The position numbers and the translations under genes were made by a program. DNA of 64,000 nt from NCBI RefSeq assembly GCF_000143415.4, contig NW_003314428.1, forward strand, positions 144,209-208,208, written 5' to 3'. The stretch is from Selaginella moellendorffii. Taxonomy: Eukaryota > Plantae > Lycopodiophyta. Shown here one piece after another: positions 14,269 to 24,415 of the stretch; within the stretch, counting starts at the first letter, position 1, and each line of letters begins with the position of its first letter. The notes under the pieces were generated by a model. The model ran no database searches, was not told the origin of the DNA, and saw only the letters and a program-made list of their open reading frames with translations.

Positions 14269-14319
14269 GTAAGATGCATGTATTCCTATAAATGAATTGA
14301 TCTTGAGTTCCTTAAGCAG
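14269..14319 (+). other. Putative 51-bp spliceosomal intron in the integrase GPY/F region
   Basis: AG|GTAAGA...TAAGCAG|GT with an in-frame TAA. Removal restores KLTQRFAGPYEI. Confidence 0.82.
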
Positions 14320-15102
14320 GTTTGCGGGGCCTTATGAGATTGAGGCACAAATCGGTAATTTGGCTTACTGTCTCTGACTTCCTCAAGAGATGGGAAAGAT
14401 GCACCCAGTGTTCCACGTGAACTTACTCAAGCCGTACTTTGAGGATCCGCTTCGCAAGGACTAAGTAAGACCTTTACCTGAGGTTGTCCAAGGGGAAGAG
14501 GCATATGAAGTCGAAGCCATCCTCAATGCGCGCAAGAGCAAATAACAAGGACGCGAGGTGAGAGAGTTCCATGTGAAGTGGAAAGGATTTCCACATTGCG
14601 AAGTAACATGGGAACCGGAGGAGAACTTAGCGAACGTGCGAGATTTAGTGGAGGAATTTCTGCAAGGCAGAACTCTATATACTTATGCAAAGTTCAATTA
14701 AAGTATCAATTTGTGAAGTTGACTAATGGCATTTGTTGGGACCCGAAGGCGCTCCGAAGATAAGCTAATTAGCATGGGTTAGCTAAGTCGACCAGGCATA
14801 GTGAACTACGCCCAACTCCCCACAGGGATGTCGAATCCGTAGACGTATTCTACGGAGGTTGGGTTCAAGTCCCAACCCCCTAGTAAAGCAAGGTTGGGTT
14901 CAAGTCCCAACCCCATACTAGGGCGTGGTGGGGTGAGGGGTATAGGGACACCTATATTCCGTTGTCATGGGCTCTTGGCTGGGGAGGCTAACTTAAGCAC
15001 ACCGCTAAGGGGGGGGATGCCCCCGGAGACATGGTCAACAAGTCGTAGGATAAAAAGAGACGTTCGATGAGGGTATCAAACTTCTTCTATGGGTGGTGGA
15101 GT

Positions 15103-15796
15103 TGTAAGGAACCAACTCCCCAAGGTGTCATAGGCTAAAGGATCCCCGAAAGCATGACTGAAATGACAAAGAATTCATTGGATGGGACCGAGTCTGAGAT
15201 CAAGTCCAAGACCGACTCTGAGACCGAGTTCAAGATAGAGTCCGGGTTCGAGTCCGAGGCCGACTCGGAGACCGAGTTCGAGGCCGAGTTCGAGACCAAG
15301 TTCGAGATAGAGTCCAAGATCTGAGATCGGGTCTGAGACTGAGTCCGAAGTCGAGTCCGAAGTTGAGTCCGAGATCGGGTCCGAGATCGAGTCAAGATCG
15401 AGTCCGAGACCAAGTCCAAAGTCGGGTTTGAGATCAAGTCCGAGATCAAGTCCAAGACCGAGTCCGAGTACTAATACAAGTCAAGGGGTGAAAAGCCCAA
15501 AGTGTGCGTCTCCTCGGGGGGGGGGGGGCACTGCAGGGGGTTCCAAAAATATAGTAGGGATAGTGAGGGCCAGAAACCAGCCTTGAAGGAACTCTTAAAT
15601 GGTGCTTCCAAACAGACTTGAAGTTGAATTGGGTGGGTGGGACTGAGCCTAGACTCCGGTGGTGCTGGAAGGGGCAACCAAGGAAATGCTCAAGAGCAGG
15701 TCCCAATCCCGAAAGGGAAACCGACTACGGGGGTCCCGAGTCATGTGGAGTGGTGGCCCATTTGAGTACCTTATGGCTCATTGGTCCTCGGCCTTT
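15103..15796 (+). mobile_element. 3' LTR of the chromovirus (family B), truncated by an assembly gap
   Basis: PPT-like ATGGGTGGTGGAGT followed by TGTAAGG. Matches the family B LTR at ~39114-39670. Confidence 0.85.
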
Positions 15797-16160
15797 NNNN
15801 NNNNNNNNNNNNNNNNNNNNNNNNNNNNNNNNNNNNNNNNNNNNNNNNNNNNNNNNNNNNNNNNNNNNNNNNNNNNNNNNNNNNNNNNNNNNNNNNNNNN
15901 NNNNNNNNNNNNNNNNNNNNNNNNNNNNNNNNNNNNNNNNNNNNNNNNNNNNNNNNNNNNNNNNNNNNNNNNNNNNNNNNNNNNNNNNNNNNNNNNNNNN
16001 NNNNNNNNNNNNNNNNNNNNNNNNNNNNNNNNNNNNNNNNNNNNNNNNNNNNNNNNNNNNNNNNNNNNNNNNNNNNNNNNNNNNNNNNNNNNNNNNNNNN
16101 NNNNNNNNNNNNNNNNNNNNNNNNNNNNNNNNNNNNNNNNNNNNNNNNNNNNNNNNNNNN
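15797..16160. other. Assembly gap (N run)
   Basis: Ns. Confidence 1.
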
Positions 16161-16219
16161 AGTTTTGAAGTTTGTCATGAGGCGAGGCTATCAAGATTGG
16201 GAAAGTAGTTCCTGAGTGT

Positions 16220-16430
16220 TCAAAGATATGGCTTTGAACAAAAAATATCCAAATATTCTATCCATCATAGTGCTAAACATTGCTGGATCATTGCATAACC
16301 TGAACGGCATGATAAGGAACTCATAAGATCCATACCAAGTCTTAAAGGCTGTCTTCTCCACATCCTGATCTGCCACCCGTATCTGATGATACCCGGACTG
16401 CAAATCAAGTTGCGTACAAAATTTAGCCTT
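16220..16430 (-). pseudogene. Ty3/Gypsy reverse transcriptase fragment
   Basis: DLQSGYHQIRVADQDVEKTAFKTWYGSYEFLIMPFRLCN. Confidence 0.9.
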
Positions 16431-17364
16431 AAGCTCTATTTCGTTAAAGTGGGATTTATTCAGTAAAATGGGACTAGGTACAAATTTTCAAGTATTTGAA
16501 AATGATGTGAAATTATATGTTTTTTGTCTAGGGGCTAGACATATCTGGGGCATAGTGACTAGCGCGGTGACTTTATGTCCAGACTGAGTCCATCTGGTTG
16601 TATAATAAATCTCATTGTCAAGGTGAACAAACCGAATCTGAAGCTAAAGAAGAGCGATGGCATGCGTGCACACACTATTTGTTTGTTCATTGAGCGTGTG
16701 GTGAGCTTTCCAAGATGAACGTCATTCCTATTAGCCAGACATATAACTTAATGGTGAGAACATTTAGATATTATTCAATGTTATCTTTTTCTAACGAATC
16801 TAATTGTGAAGGTGTAGCAAGAGGCATTGCTAGTCTGGAGAAGTCATTTAACTCATTTGACCCTTAGTGTATTTTCACCTTTTTCCCTTTGCACTAGTAT
16901 ATCTTAATACCGGTCTGAGAAATAGAATGGCATGTGCCCTCAGGCCTTTTACTAAATCATATTTGGTAATCAAGTAAATGGCATGAGGGCACACGCCATT
17001 ATAAGCCTAAGCGCTAGTGGACACCTCCTTTTTGGTACTCTCAGCGGTACTATCATCCTTCTCCGGGTCAGTTGTTTTGCTTTGGATTGTTGTCTCTGAT
17101 GTTACTGGGGCGTTCTCGATAGTTGTTAATGTTGCCGTTTGTTCAGAAAAATGATCACCTAGAGTATAGTACGGGGAGTTTGGAAGACTTATATATTCTA
17201 CATCTTCACCTATCTCCTTCTCCGTCTCCTTTTCTGCCTCACTTACAGATTTTGTGCTTGCCATGAGAACGCTCTTCACCCTAAAATATGGAGTTTGTTG
17301 TGTTATAAAAGGAAACCAACACACACGCTGCAAGGGAATGATGGTACATAAAGCACGTAAGCCC

Positions 17365-17846
17365 ATATTGACATACATATGAAGTGTTAAAGTGTATTGG
17401 TAAAGTGGCTTATTGGGTGCAATTGTCAGCTGGTATTTTATACTAGCTAGTTGAAAGGTGTACTATGTTGAAGTGAAAAGTCCTTGATATATATAGTTGT
17501 GGGATTAGGAGCTTGAGCAGAGTTCCTTAGGAAAGGTGAACACTAGTGTAACTTAACCTTGGGACTTAACCTTGTTTCAAGACGTAGAGTGGGAAGAGTA
17601 ACAAGCTTTCTCATAGATATATTGACATACATATGAAGTGTTAAAGTGTATTGGTAAAGTGGCTTATTGGGTGCAATTGTCAGCTGGGTCTAGTATTTTA
17701 TACTAGCTAGTTGAAAGGTGTACTATGTCGAAGTGAAAAGTCCTTGGTATATATAGTTGTGGGATTAGGAGCTTGAGCAGAGTTCCTTAGGAAAGGTGAA
17801 CACTAGTGTAACTTAACCTTGGGACTTAACCTTGTTTCAAGACGTA
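17365..17846. repeat. ~220-bp near-perfect direct repeat (17365-17586 and 17619-17846)
   Basis: Directly visible. Confidence 0.9.
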
Positions 17847-18267
17847 TCCATACATGTCTTTGGAAAGAAGTGTAAAGTATAAGAATAAATCAACTCTTTC
17901 TTGTACAATCAATTCCAACTGCATCATTCTACTTTTTGAGCTTTTAATGAAGCTTTATGAGCTGTGATATTTCCCTACTGAAATATTTTCATTGATCCAT
18001 GGGTCTTATACACCTAATAAAAAGTATCTATTCGTTTTAGAAAAAAACACAAGCATTTTGGCAGTGTGTTGTTAAGTCTGTTCTGGCAGAGACTAGACTG
18101 CAGTATAAGTAGGAACTTTCATGTCTAGGAACATATAATACAAACTTTGGATTACTGTACTGTGAAAAATAGGGGCTGTTTCAGCCAGCATGCGCCTGCC
18201 TCGGCCAGATGCACCATATGACGAATTGCGATGTTTATAGGACACAGGCGTGACTCAGTTTTGGGTT

Positions 18268-19835
18268 TCATTGATGAATATTCTGAACATCCGCAAATGG
18301 ATCGATCTCCGATGAAAAGGCAATGTAATTCACCATGCCAGAAAAGTTGTTATCAAACTTCTCCACCAACAAGCTGATTTCAGGTGGAGAGACTTTGAGG
18401 CCAGCTTTGCTACTCAATGTTTGGCTGAACTGGTGCTTGGTTACATGTCCCACAGCCTTGCTTGCATTCTTTGTCGTTGCAGCGTCTTCAAAGAAACCTC
18501 TCACGGATATCCGCTTTGCTTTACACTCTTTGCGGAGGTCAGCAAGCAAGTCCTGAACCCTCTCCTCCTTTTCGGGTCCTAAGTACACGATTCCCATCAG
18601 AAATCTTTGTGGTGCTAAGCTTGGGATTGGTGGAACCACAGGCACCTGTTGCACGAACGTATTAACAAACTCAAGAGAAAAGAAGATCTATGTCTTACAG
18701 ACTGCCATGGAGTCTTTTCAAGTTCTTTGTAGGTAAAACATCTTTCAACTTCGTCACAAAAAGCTGTGTAGCAGACGCGCAGCTCAGGGTCCTCCGGTAC
18801 CCTGTAGCAGTCCATAAGTGCTTTGCAGCCTCGTTTACAAATTTTAATCTTTGCGTTATCTAGGCCAGCTGCAAACTGAGCATCATTAATTAGCCTGAGC
18901 CTCAAGGGGTCGTAGCCCTTCATAAACTCGCGGACTCTGATCCTGTTTGTGTATACTTGAAACTTGACGTTATTTTCAGCATCACAAACACAGAAACCAT
19001 CTGCTTGCACCTATACAACTCTTGCAGATAATAACTTTGGGGAATTGTTTTGCAAAGGAAGAACATCTTACCCGCCAGTGTTTCATCATTACAAGCTCGA
19101 AATCTTTACAAAACGGTATTGTAGATCCAAGGGTGGTGTAATACTCGTTGAAGTCACAGTATGTGACGGGGTCAAGAAGGCCAAATGACCGCATCAGAAA
19201 ATTACAAATGGCTTGGTCTAGGGAAGTCTTCTCAGTCATTACTGACGACTGACATCTTGCGTTATAAGTTTCACACAGCTTCGACAGGCTACACTGACCT
19301 CTTCCTTCCTAGAAAAGCAAAGGAGACTCCTAGTAAAATAAAAACATAAAGTTCAAAGGATGAATTACCAGGTCGACTCTTTTGAACGCTTGATTGACTA
19401 GATTTTGGCGGAAGCCATTGAGCTTAAAAAACACGAAAGTAAATTATTATGAAGGCATTCATTTCTTAGCACCTACCTTGCCTCTCATGCTAAGTAGAAA
19501 CACCTTAAATTTAAATTTTCCATCCTCAACGTAATCGTTCAAGACGATGGCTAGCTCCTGCAAAAATAAGACAACAAAACTCAAGACGCAAATGATGTTT
19601 TCGAAAATCCATACACCAGCATTGATATCAACTCCCGTTTGATTGATAAAATCGTCGAAGCGTGTTTTGGGAATGCAGCCAGCGGGGTCCATCTCCTTTT
19701 TTATTTTGGAGATAGCCTGGAAACTAGAAATGAAGACTTGTAATTGTTTATGTTACTAACCGCAAATCCCCTTGCGCCAATTCGAAGCAGCTGATCTCGG
19801 ATGCATTCTAGCACAAAATAAATCGGGAGAACCAT
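18268..19835 (-). CDS. EF-hand protein: calcyphosin-like N-terminal half fused to a flagellar EF-hand (FAP115/EFCAB6-related) C-terminal half
   Basis: ATG at 19835 gives MVLPIYFVLECIRDQLLRIGARGFA|AISKIKKEMD. RQNLVNQAFKRVD, CETYNARCQSSV and VTYCDFNEYYTTLG...FELVMMKHWR follow the calcyphosin pattern. A phase-0 intron (19011-19071) links to VYTNRIRVREFMKGYDPLR...GMVNYIAFSSEIDP. Intron 1 is 19717-19760. Confidence 0.8.
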
Positions 19836-20915
19836 CTCCGCGTGCTCCGAAAAGAAGGTGGTTATTTAGGTCAAATCTATTATTATCGTTAATATTCAGT
19901 TGCTGGAATTCAAAACTATTTGAAAAAAATCACGGTGGTTCTTCACTCTATAGCTGCCGCACAACAAATCTATATTAAGTATAGTTTGTTTAAAACATGT
20001 GTGAGATGTATATGTTCCTTTTAGTTCGTTCAGTTTATTCGTTTCGAGGAAATTGAAATCCGAAGTAAATGCACTGTCGAGAAAATATTAGTACAAGAGA
20101 TTCTCTTATCTACCTCGCCTTGACGTCTTGTACACAGCTCATAAAAGCATTACCTTGCGTAAGTTCAGTCAAACTCTATCTGCTCCACTCGTGCCTAGGA
20201 GCCCTTAAAAAAAATGGAGTGAATGATCAAGAGTAGCCAAAACTACAATTGCAATTCACATCACCTAAAAGAAAGAGCACCAGCAGTTAATCCGTAATAA
20301 AACAAAAGGCAGCTCAAGTCAAAAGCTCAATAAAGAAGCACTACCATATCACGAGTGCAAGGTGGAGTCAAATTCAGATGAGGGAGTGTAAATCAAAGCT
20401 TGCTGTTGGACGGGAAACGGTGAAACAGCAAATTTTGAAAGTAGTTCTTAGCAAAGAGAAACAGGGATGCTCTGGATCGAGAGAGGGAGATCTGCTAGGA
20501 ATTCAAACAGCTGAGGATGAGTCCTTCGTTTATACCTTCATACTGGATCTTGTGCAGATATAACCAGTACACGTCCAAACAACCAGGAAAGTTGATGCTA
20601 TTCAAAGAAAGTGGTGCACACAAATACCACCCATGCAAACTTGCCATTCTCCAGCTTCGCCTACGAGCTGGGGCAGAGCGAAGTTGAAGAAGATGATATT
20701 GCATATTGCATAGAGACGGACCGGTCAGGTTGTGATCTCTGGTTCAGGCTAACTTCTTGAGACATAAAAAATATTTCCAAAAAATACCCCCTCCCCTCCC
20801 AAAAAAAATAAAATTAAAAAACACCAAGGATCAACCGCCGCCTTCTTTTAAATTCCTGACGTGACGTGCTTTTTGACGGTTCCCTTGGCCAGCTTCTAGG
20901 TTTGGAGTCGCGGCA

Positions 20916-23900
20916 ATGGGTTTTAATGACAGAGACCAACAGACTTGGAGTGTGAGGGATTCAGGAGAGTTGTGGAGAAAGCCTCGTAAGCTCTCCGAAG
21001 GCTCATCTTCATTGTTGTCTACAGATGATCTCAAAGGTTTGCATCTGATTCAATAACTCCAACATTTTACGGAGTTTTCTCAGCAGGAAAGAAAGACTGG
21101 CCTTCATCCAAACAGTTTAAATTGCCCCCTCGTTCACCCAGAACATTGAGGACCTTTCCTCAGGCAGTCAAGCCCAAATTAGAGCTTACCATTCAATGCT
21201 TATCTCCATGTCCGTTAAGTATCGACAATGAAGCGACACTGCACTCGAGTTCTGAAAAGGGTCCAAGTACTGGCGTACTATGTTCTGCTCAGACAGGGGT
21301 AAACGAACAATCCTTTTTGTTCTTTTAGTGAGCCCCTTGAATTCAGGAAGAAGAAGGGGGCACAGCGATAAACCTGATAGCAGGCGACCGATATAATGAA
21401 GATGACAGATTATTTACTGGAATGGACTTGGATAGTCAAAAAGAAATGCTGACAGATGATTCAGAAATTGACTTCTGGGATTGTCATAAGGAAGAAGCGA
21501 CACGAACCTTCCCTATCGATGAGATTGATGCAGAAGAATCACTAAAGCTGGACGAAAGCAACAACAGAACCATATGTACTTTGAATGGGGAAGTTGTAGT
21601 AATGCAAACCAATGTCGCTTACCAACATATTGACAAGGAGACATCAGTTTGTGCTTCTGCATCAAAGGACTACCTTGAAGGTCAAAAACATGTTCAGGAA
21701 TATTTTGACTTACAGCTCCAGGCTTCCAGTGATCTTAATGGATTGCAGGATAATAGCACACGAAATGAGAAACTCGAAAAGCAGCCGAACTTAACCTGGG
21801 AAGGAGTAACTAGCAATTCAAAAGATGCTTCAGATGCCATCTTTTCAGTCTCAAGCAAAAGGCGATGGCCAAGAACTTCAAAAGTACTGAAAACCTTGAC
21901 TACTGGAAATAATGATGGTTCTCAAAGCAGAAAAGTGTCGAGGAAGACTGTTCTAAGGAAAACAAGAAGGTTAAAATCCAAAAGGGAAAAAATTAAAGCT
22001 GAGAAACAGTCAAAAATAAGTGGAACACCTCATGAAAGTCGGTGTCCAGAGACAATGCCAACGCCTGATTTAAAGCTTGTTGAAGGTCATGGCATAAAGG
22101 ATAGCTGTACAAAATCCACCTCGCTCTCTGCTGAAAAGGTTTGCAGCATCCTTTCATTTCTTAAGCAGGTCGACAGCAATAATAATATCACGAAGATGTC
22201 TGAAAGAAGTTCACCAAGAACTGTACTAGACCAGGATGATGCCTTTGTTGCCGAATCATGCGTTTCTATTCCTCTGGAGTCTGCATCCGCCGTTAGTTCA
22301 GCCGAAATGGCTTTTGTGGGGATCAAGAACAAGATTAACGAGTTAAAGGAAAAAAATTTAAAACAGAAAAATCAAATTATGCAACTCGAAGCTGAGAATG
22401 AAACTATACAGATACTAAAAAACAAAGATATTGCAAAGTAAGTAACAGGAGCTTTCAGTGTCTTATCACCAAATATGGCCTTCTGCTAGTGAGAAAGAGA
22501 AGTACGCCAAGGAATCACATGAACAAGCACAACAGTATAAGGCGGCACTAAAAAAACACTTGTCTATCAATGAAAAGCTCTTAAAGGACAAAGAGGTGCT
22601 CTCTGAAAGATGTTGTAGCCTAGCAATGGCTGAGGCAAAGGTATCAACAAAAAAATAATGAGATTATGGTTTACTGCGAACACTTCGATACAGTATGAAG
22701 AAAAACTGAGAGCTGCCAAAGAAGAATGGGCAATCACCCTAAAAAAGGTCAAGGACATTTTATGAAAAAGGCAATAAAAAGTATTTGAATTACAGCAAAA
22801 AGAAACGTGGAATGCTAGTGAAAAGGCAAGACGAGAATGTTGGATAGCCAAAAAAACAAAAGAAATTAAAGAAATGACTATTGTTGGGCTCGAGCCACAT
22901 ATTGAGTCCATCCATGAGGTACTCTTCTCATCTTAGTCCGATATTATACTGAGAAGTGTGGGCAGAAACATACGAAAGAAATAGAAGCTTTAGAGGTACA
23001 CTGCAGTGAAGAGCTAAAGAAGAAACTACATGAACAGCATGCAAACAAATGTGAAGAACTTTGCAAGTTGCGTGAACAAATGTTGAAGGTAGATTGAGAG
23101 CATCTGGGGGTATTCAATAGTGAGCAACATTCTAACAGGAAAGGGATGAGGTCTTGGACAAGGAGAGGCTTGCCACACATCTGAGAATGAACGAGATGGC
23201 GGAAAAGTAGGACACTCTTTAAGGCCGACTTGTGATGACACTTCCCCTGTCATCAGATATGAGCAGCAGGCATTAGATCAAAGGATGCGAATAGCAAACG
23301 ATCTTGCTCAGCAACTTGAACGTTCAGAAGCTAGTCGCAGGGAGGATAAGCAGTATACACAAGAACTCCTTGCTAGGTGCAATAAAGAATATGCTCAAAG
23401 GTGACGCTGTGCAAGTCAAATCTAGATTACGATATCTTCAATTTTAGAGAGGAAGCTATTCGAAAACAATACGAGAAACTGCTTAATGAGTGTCAGAGTG
23501 CATCCCAAGCAAAAAATCAAGCAATGAAGCATTCCTTTGAGATGGAACAATCAGAATGGAACATCTCACTGAATGAGCGTATCATGAGGGAAGTGAGAAA
23601 AAGAGAACCAGAAATTGAGGCCAGGTATATCGATCTAACACCTGGAACAAAATTTTTTGACAAATTTCTGCGGTTTAGGTGTATACAGGAGCGTAATAGA
23701 GAAATAGATCTTATAATTGATCGCATGGAAAAGGAAAGGAACGAACTTGTTGCTGAGCATCGGAGTGAACAAGCAAACAGAGTACAAGAACTTCTACAGG
23801 AAAATAATGTTTTGCTAAATCAGCTCAAAGAGAAAGAAGAAAATTACATGGATCTTTGCAAAACCGCCCTTGAGGAAAGTTTGCATTTTCAAGACATTAA

Positions 23901-24415
23901 GTTTGTATAAAAATTTAACTGCAGGGAAAGGCACAGTCAAATGCAGAACGGTCAGAAATGAATAAAAGAATGGAAAAGTTCAAGGACCAACTAAGAAGTC
24001 AAGGTTGTGTCATTGAACAGCTTACAAAACAAGTATTTTTTTTCTTTTCAATATTTCTTGAGTTTTAAGTTGCTGTTTTTTCAGATTGGTTTTGAAAAGC
24101 AAGAGTCAGATAAACTCAAGAAAAACTTAGAAGCGTGCATGAAAAGACACGAGCAGGAAATAGAGAATGCGAGAATTGAGCTTCAGCAGTCTCGTTGTGA
24201 AATGGAGAAGCTTAAAATTCGAAAGGTTTCATTTTTCAAGGCATATGGAATCTCACAATTGATTTCAGGTGGAAGAACTAGAAGAACTGGAAAATAAGGT
24301 CAAGCTGGCAATCGAAAAGAAGAATGAAGTTATTCTTGGTTTGCACAGCGAGTTAAAGTCTGCTCACCAACACATTCGACACACGGAACAACTCCTAGAA
24401 CAAAATGCTAGCTAA
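20916..24415 (+). CDS. CEP131: Centrosomal protein 131 (AZI1) homolog, multi-exon
   Basis: EKVCSILSFLKQVD, YKAALKKHLSINEKLLKDKEVLSERC, SEKARRECWIAKKTKEIKEMTIVGLEPHIESI and KVKLAIEKKNEVI...EQLLEQ match conserved CEP131 blocks. Many short GT-AG introns. Stop TAA at 24413-24415. The ATG assignment is less certain. Confidence 0.85.

Larger units (their letters stand above)
12916..14701 (+). pseudogene. Chromoviral Ty3/Gypsy pol remnant (RNase H end, integrase HHCC-DDE-GPY/F, type I chromodomain), interrupted by two putative introns
   Basis: Motifs: KVYTDN...YKPGKSNIMADVLS; HDGPLAGH...CPTCQ; MDFITG...VVVDQFSKMAHFIP...IISDRD; YHPQT|xGQMERVN; KLTQR|FAGPYEI...HPVFHVNLLKPY; YEVEAIL...FHVKWKGFPHCEVTWEPEENL. 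Several stops. Confidence 0.92.

Noticed and set aside
14857-14912. tRNA gene
   Set aside because: Only T-arm-like hairpins are evident. No acceptor stem or D-arm could be built.
15618-16215. ORFs containing X runs (also 59918-60371)
   Set aside because: Artefacts of N gaps.
20825-20870. AACCG (MYB/DUO1-like) and ACGT motifs upstream of CEP131
   Set aside because: Too short to distinguish from chance without comparative data.
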